Under the pieces are notes generated by a model. It ran no database searches. It had not been told where the DNA came from and worked only from the letters and a program-made list of their open reading frames with translations. A stretch of DNA of 64,000 nt from Azolla caroliniana (Eukaryota > Plantae > Polypodiophyta). The translations under genes were made by a program, and so were the position numbers. The DNA is taken from assembly GCA_043228905.1 (NCBI GenBank), contig JBHGNT010000009.1:22196001-22260000 (forward strand), read 5' to 3'. Positions 63,266 to 64,000 of this stretch are shown piece by piece (position 1 is the first letter of the stretch; each line of letters starts with the position of its first letter).

Positions 63266-63520
63266 TTTCTGTGTCGATTTCGCTCTGATACCACTTGACG
63301 GGAACCTAACGTTCCTTATGCGCAATGCTCGGCCACAACCGGCAACCAGAGGTCTTTAACAACGAGCATGTCCCTCATCTTCGACTTCCATACTGAATAG
63401 TTGGAGCCGGTGAGCTTGAACATGCCACCAAATGATTCATCCATTTTCTGTGTCGATTTCGCTCTGATACCACTTGACGGGAACCTAACGTTCCTTATGC
63501 GCAATGCTCGGCCACAACCG
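63163..63520 (-). repeat. 179-bp tandem duplication covering the U5 end, PBS and gag start of F
   Basis: Copies at 63163-63341 and 63342-63520; the LTR terminus tgacgggaacc appears at both 63296 and 63475. Confidence 0.92.
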
Positions 63521-64000
63521 AGATTCTTTTCATACACAAAAAAAAACGGGAAATACAACACGATACAAAGGAGAGAGGAAGATACACACACACTACAGAG
63601 GAGGTTAACGTGGAAAACCCCAAACTGGAGGAAAAACCACGGCAGCCCACAGGCTGCAAACTGTCACTATGTAGGAATGTACAGAAAACAGTGAGTTCAC
63701 TGAGGCACCGACCTCGTGCTCACTAATCTTCGCCACAGGCGGCGGTTACAACAGAGGCAACGACCTCGTCTCTCACTCTCTCTCTATACAGTTACGCACT
63801 CTCTCTTCTTCTTGCACCAACAAGGAAGAATAACGACCACCAGCTAAAAGTTTGCCCTAAGTCATATTTATACTAATATGACTTTTCGGCTATTTACAAA
63901 TATAGCCACAATGGGCTCTCAGAAACATATTTACGAATATGTCTCTTCCTCCGGTTCATACCGGGTCTGCACCATCCGGCTCTTCGTAACCAGGTACTCC

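Larger units (their letters stand above)
58279..64000 (-). mobile_element. Ty1/copia element F (Tnt1/Tork-like, young); 3' LTR 58279-59190 (912 bp), 5' LTR 63475 to beyond the window
   Basis: LTRs look identical over the 526 bp visible; PPT agggggagtt at 59191-59200; PBS tggtatcagagc. The gag start MDESFGGMFKLTGSNYSVWKSKMRDML is homologous to B. Confidence 0.95.

Overview
Eukaryotic land-plant genomic DNA; a non-seed plant such as a fern is inferred from the retroelement types, not proven. The left half carries three host genes. (1) A two-exon G-type (bulb) lectin S-domain receptor kinase (+, 2631-6074). (2) An intronless GT32 alpha-1,4-glycosyltransferase with a His-rich stem (-, 15768-17573). 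(3) A nine-exon Brix-domain Peter Pan (PPAN/Ssf1) ribosome-biogenesis gene (+, 25414-29619), bracketed by two inverted MITE copies. These sit among tandem repeats and decayed TE fragments. The right half (about 31.9-64 kb) is two nests of LTR retrotransposons whose order of insertion can be read from target-site duplications. Nest 1: copia A contains copia B (TSD TATTC), which contains a very young chromoviral gypsy C (TSD CGAGC) inserted inside B's primer-binding site. Nest 2: copia D, next to a LINE remnant, contains gypsy E (TSD AGAAC) and young copia F; E's 5' LTR is partly replaced by a foreign gypsy fragment G. The most notable observations are: a regularly interspaced palindromic-repeat array within a hairpin-dense 1.6-kb leader of gypsy C; a tRNA-independent, Tf1-like self-priming signature in gypsy E; a tRNA-like B-box module in E's LTR; TG...TA LTR ends in C; and a duplicated U5-PBS-gag start plus strong CCGG enrichment in F.
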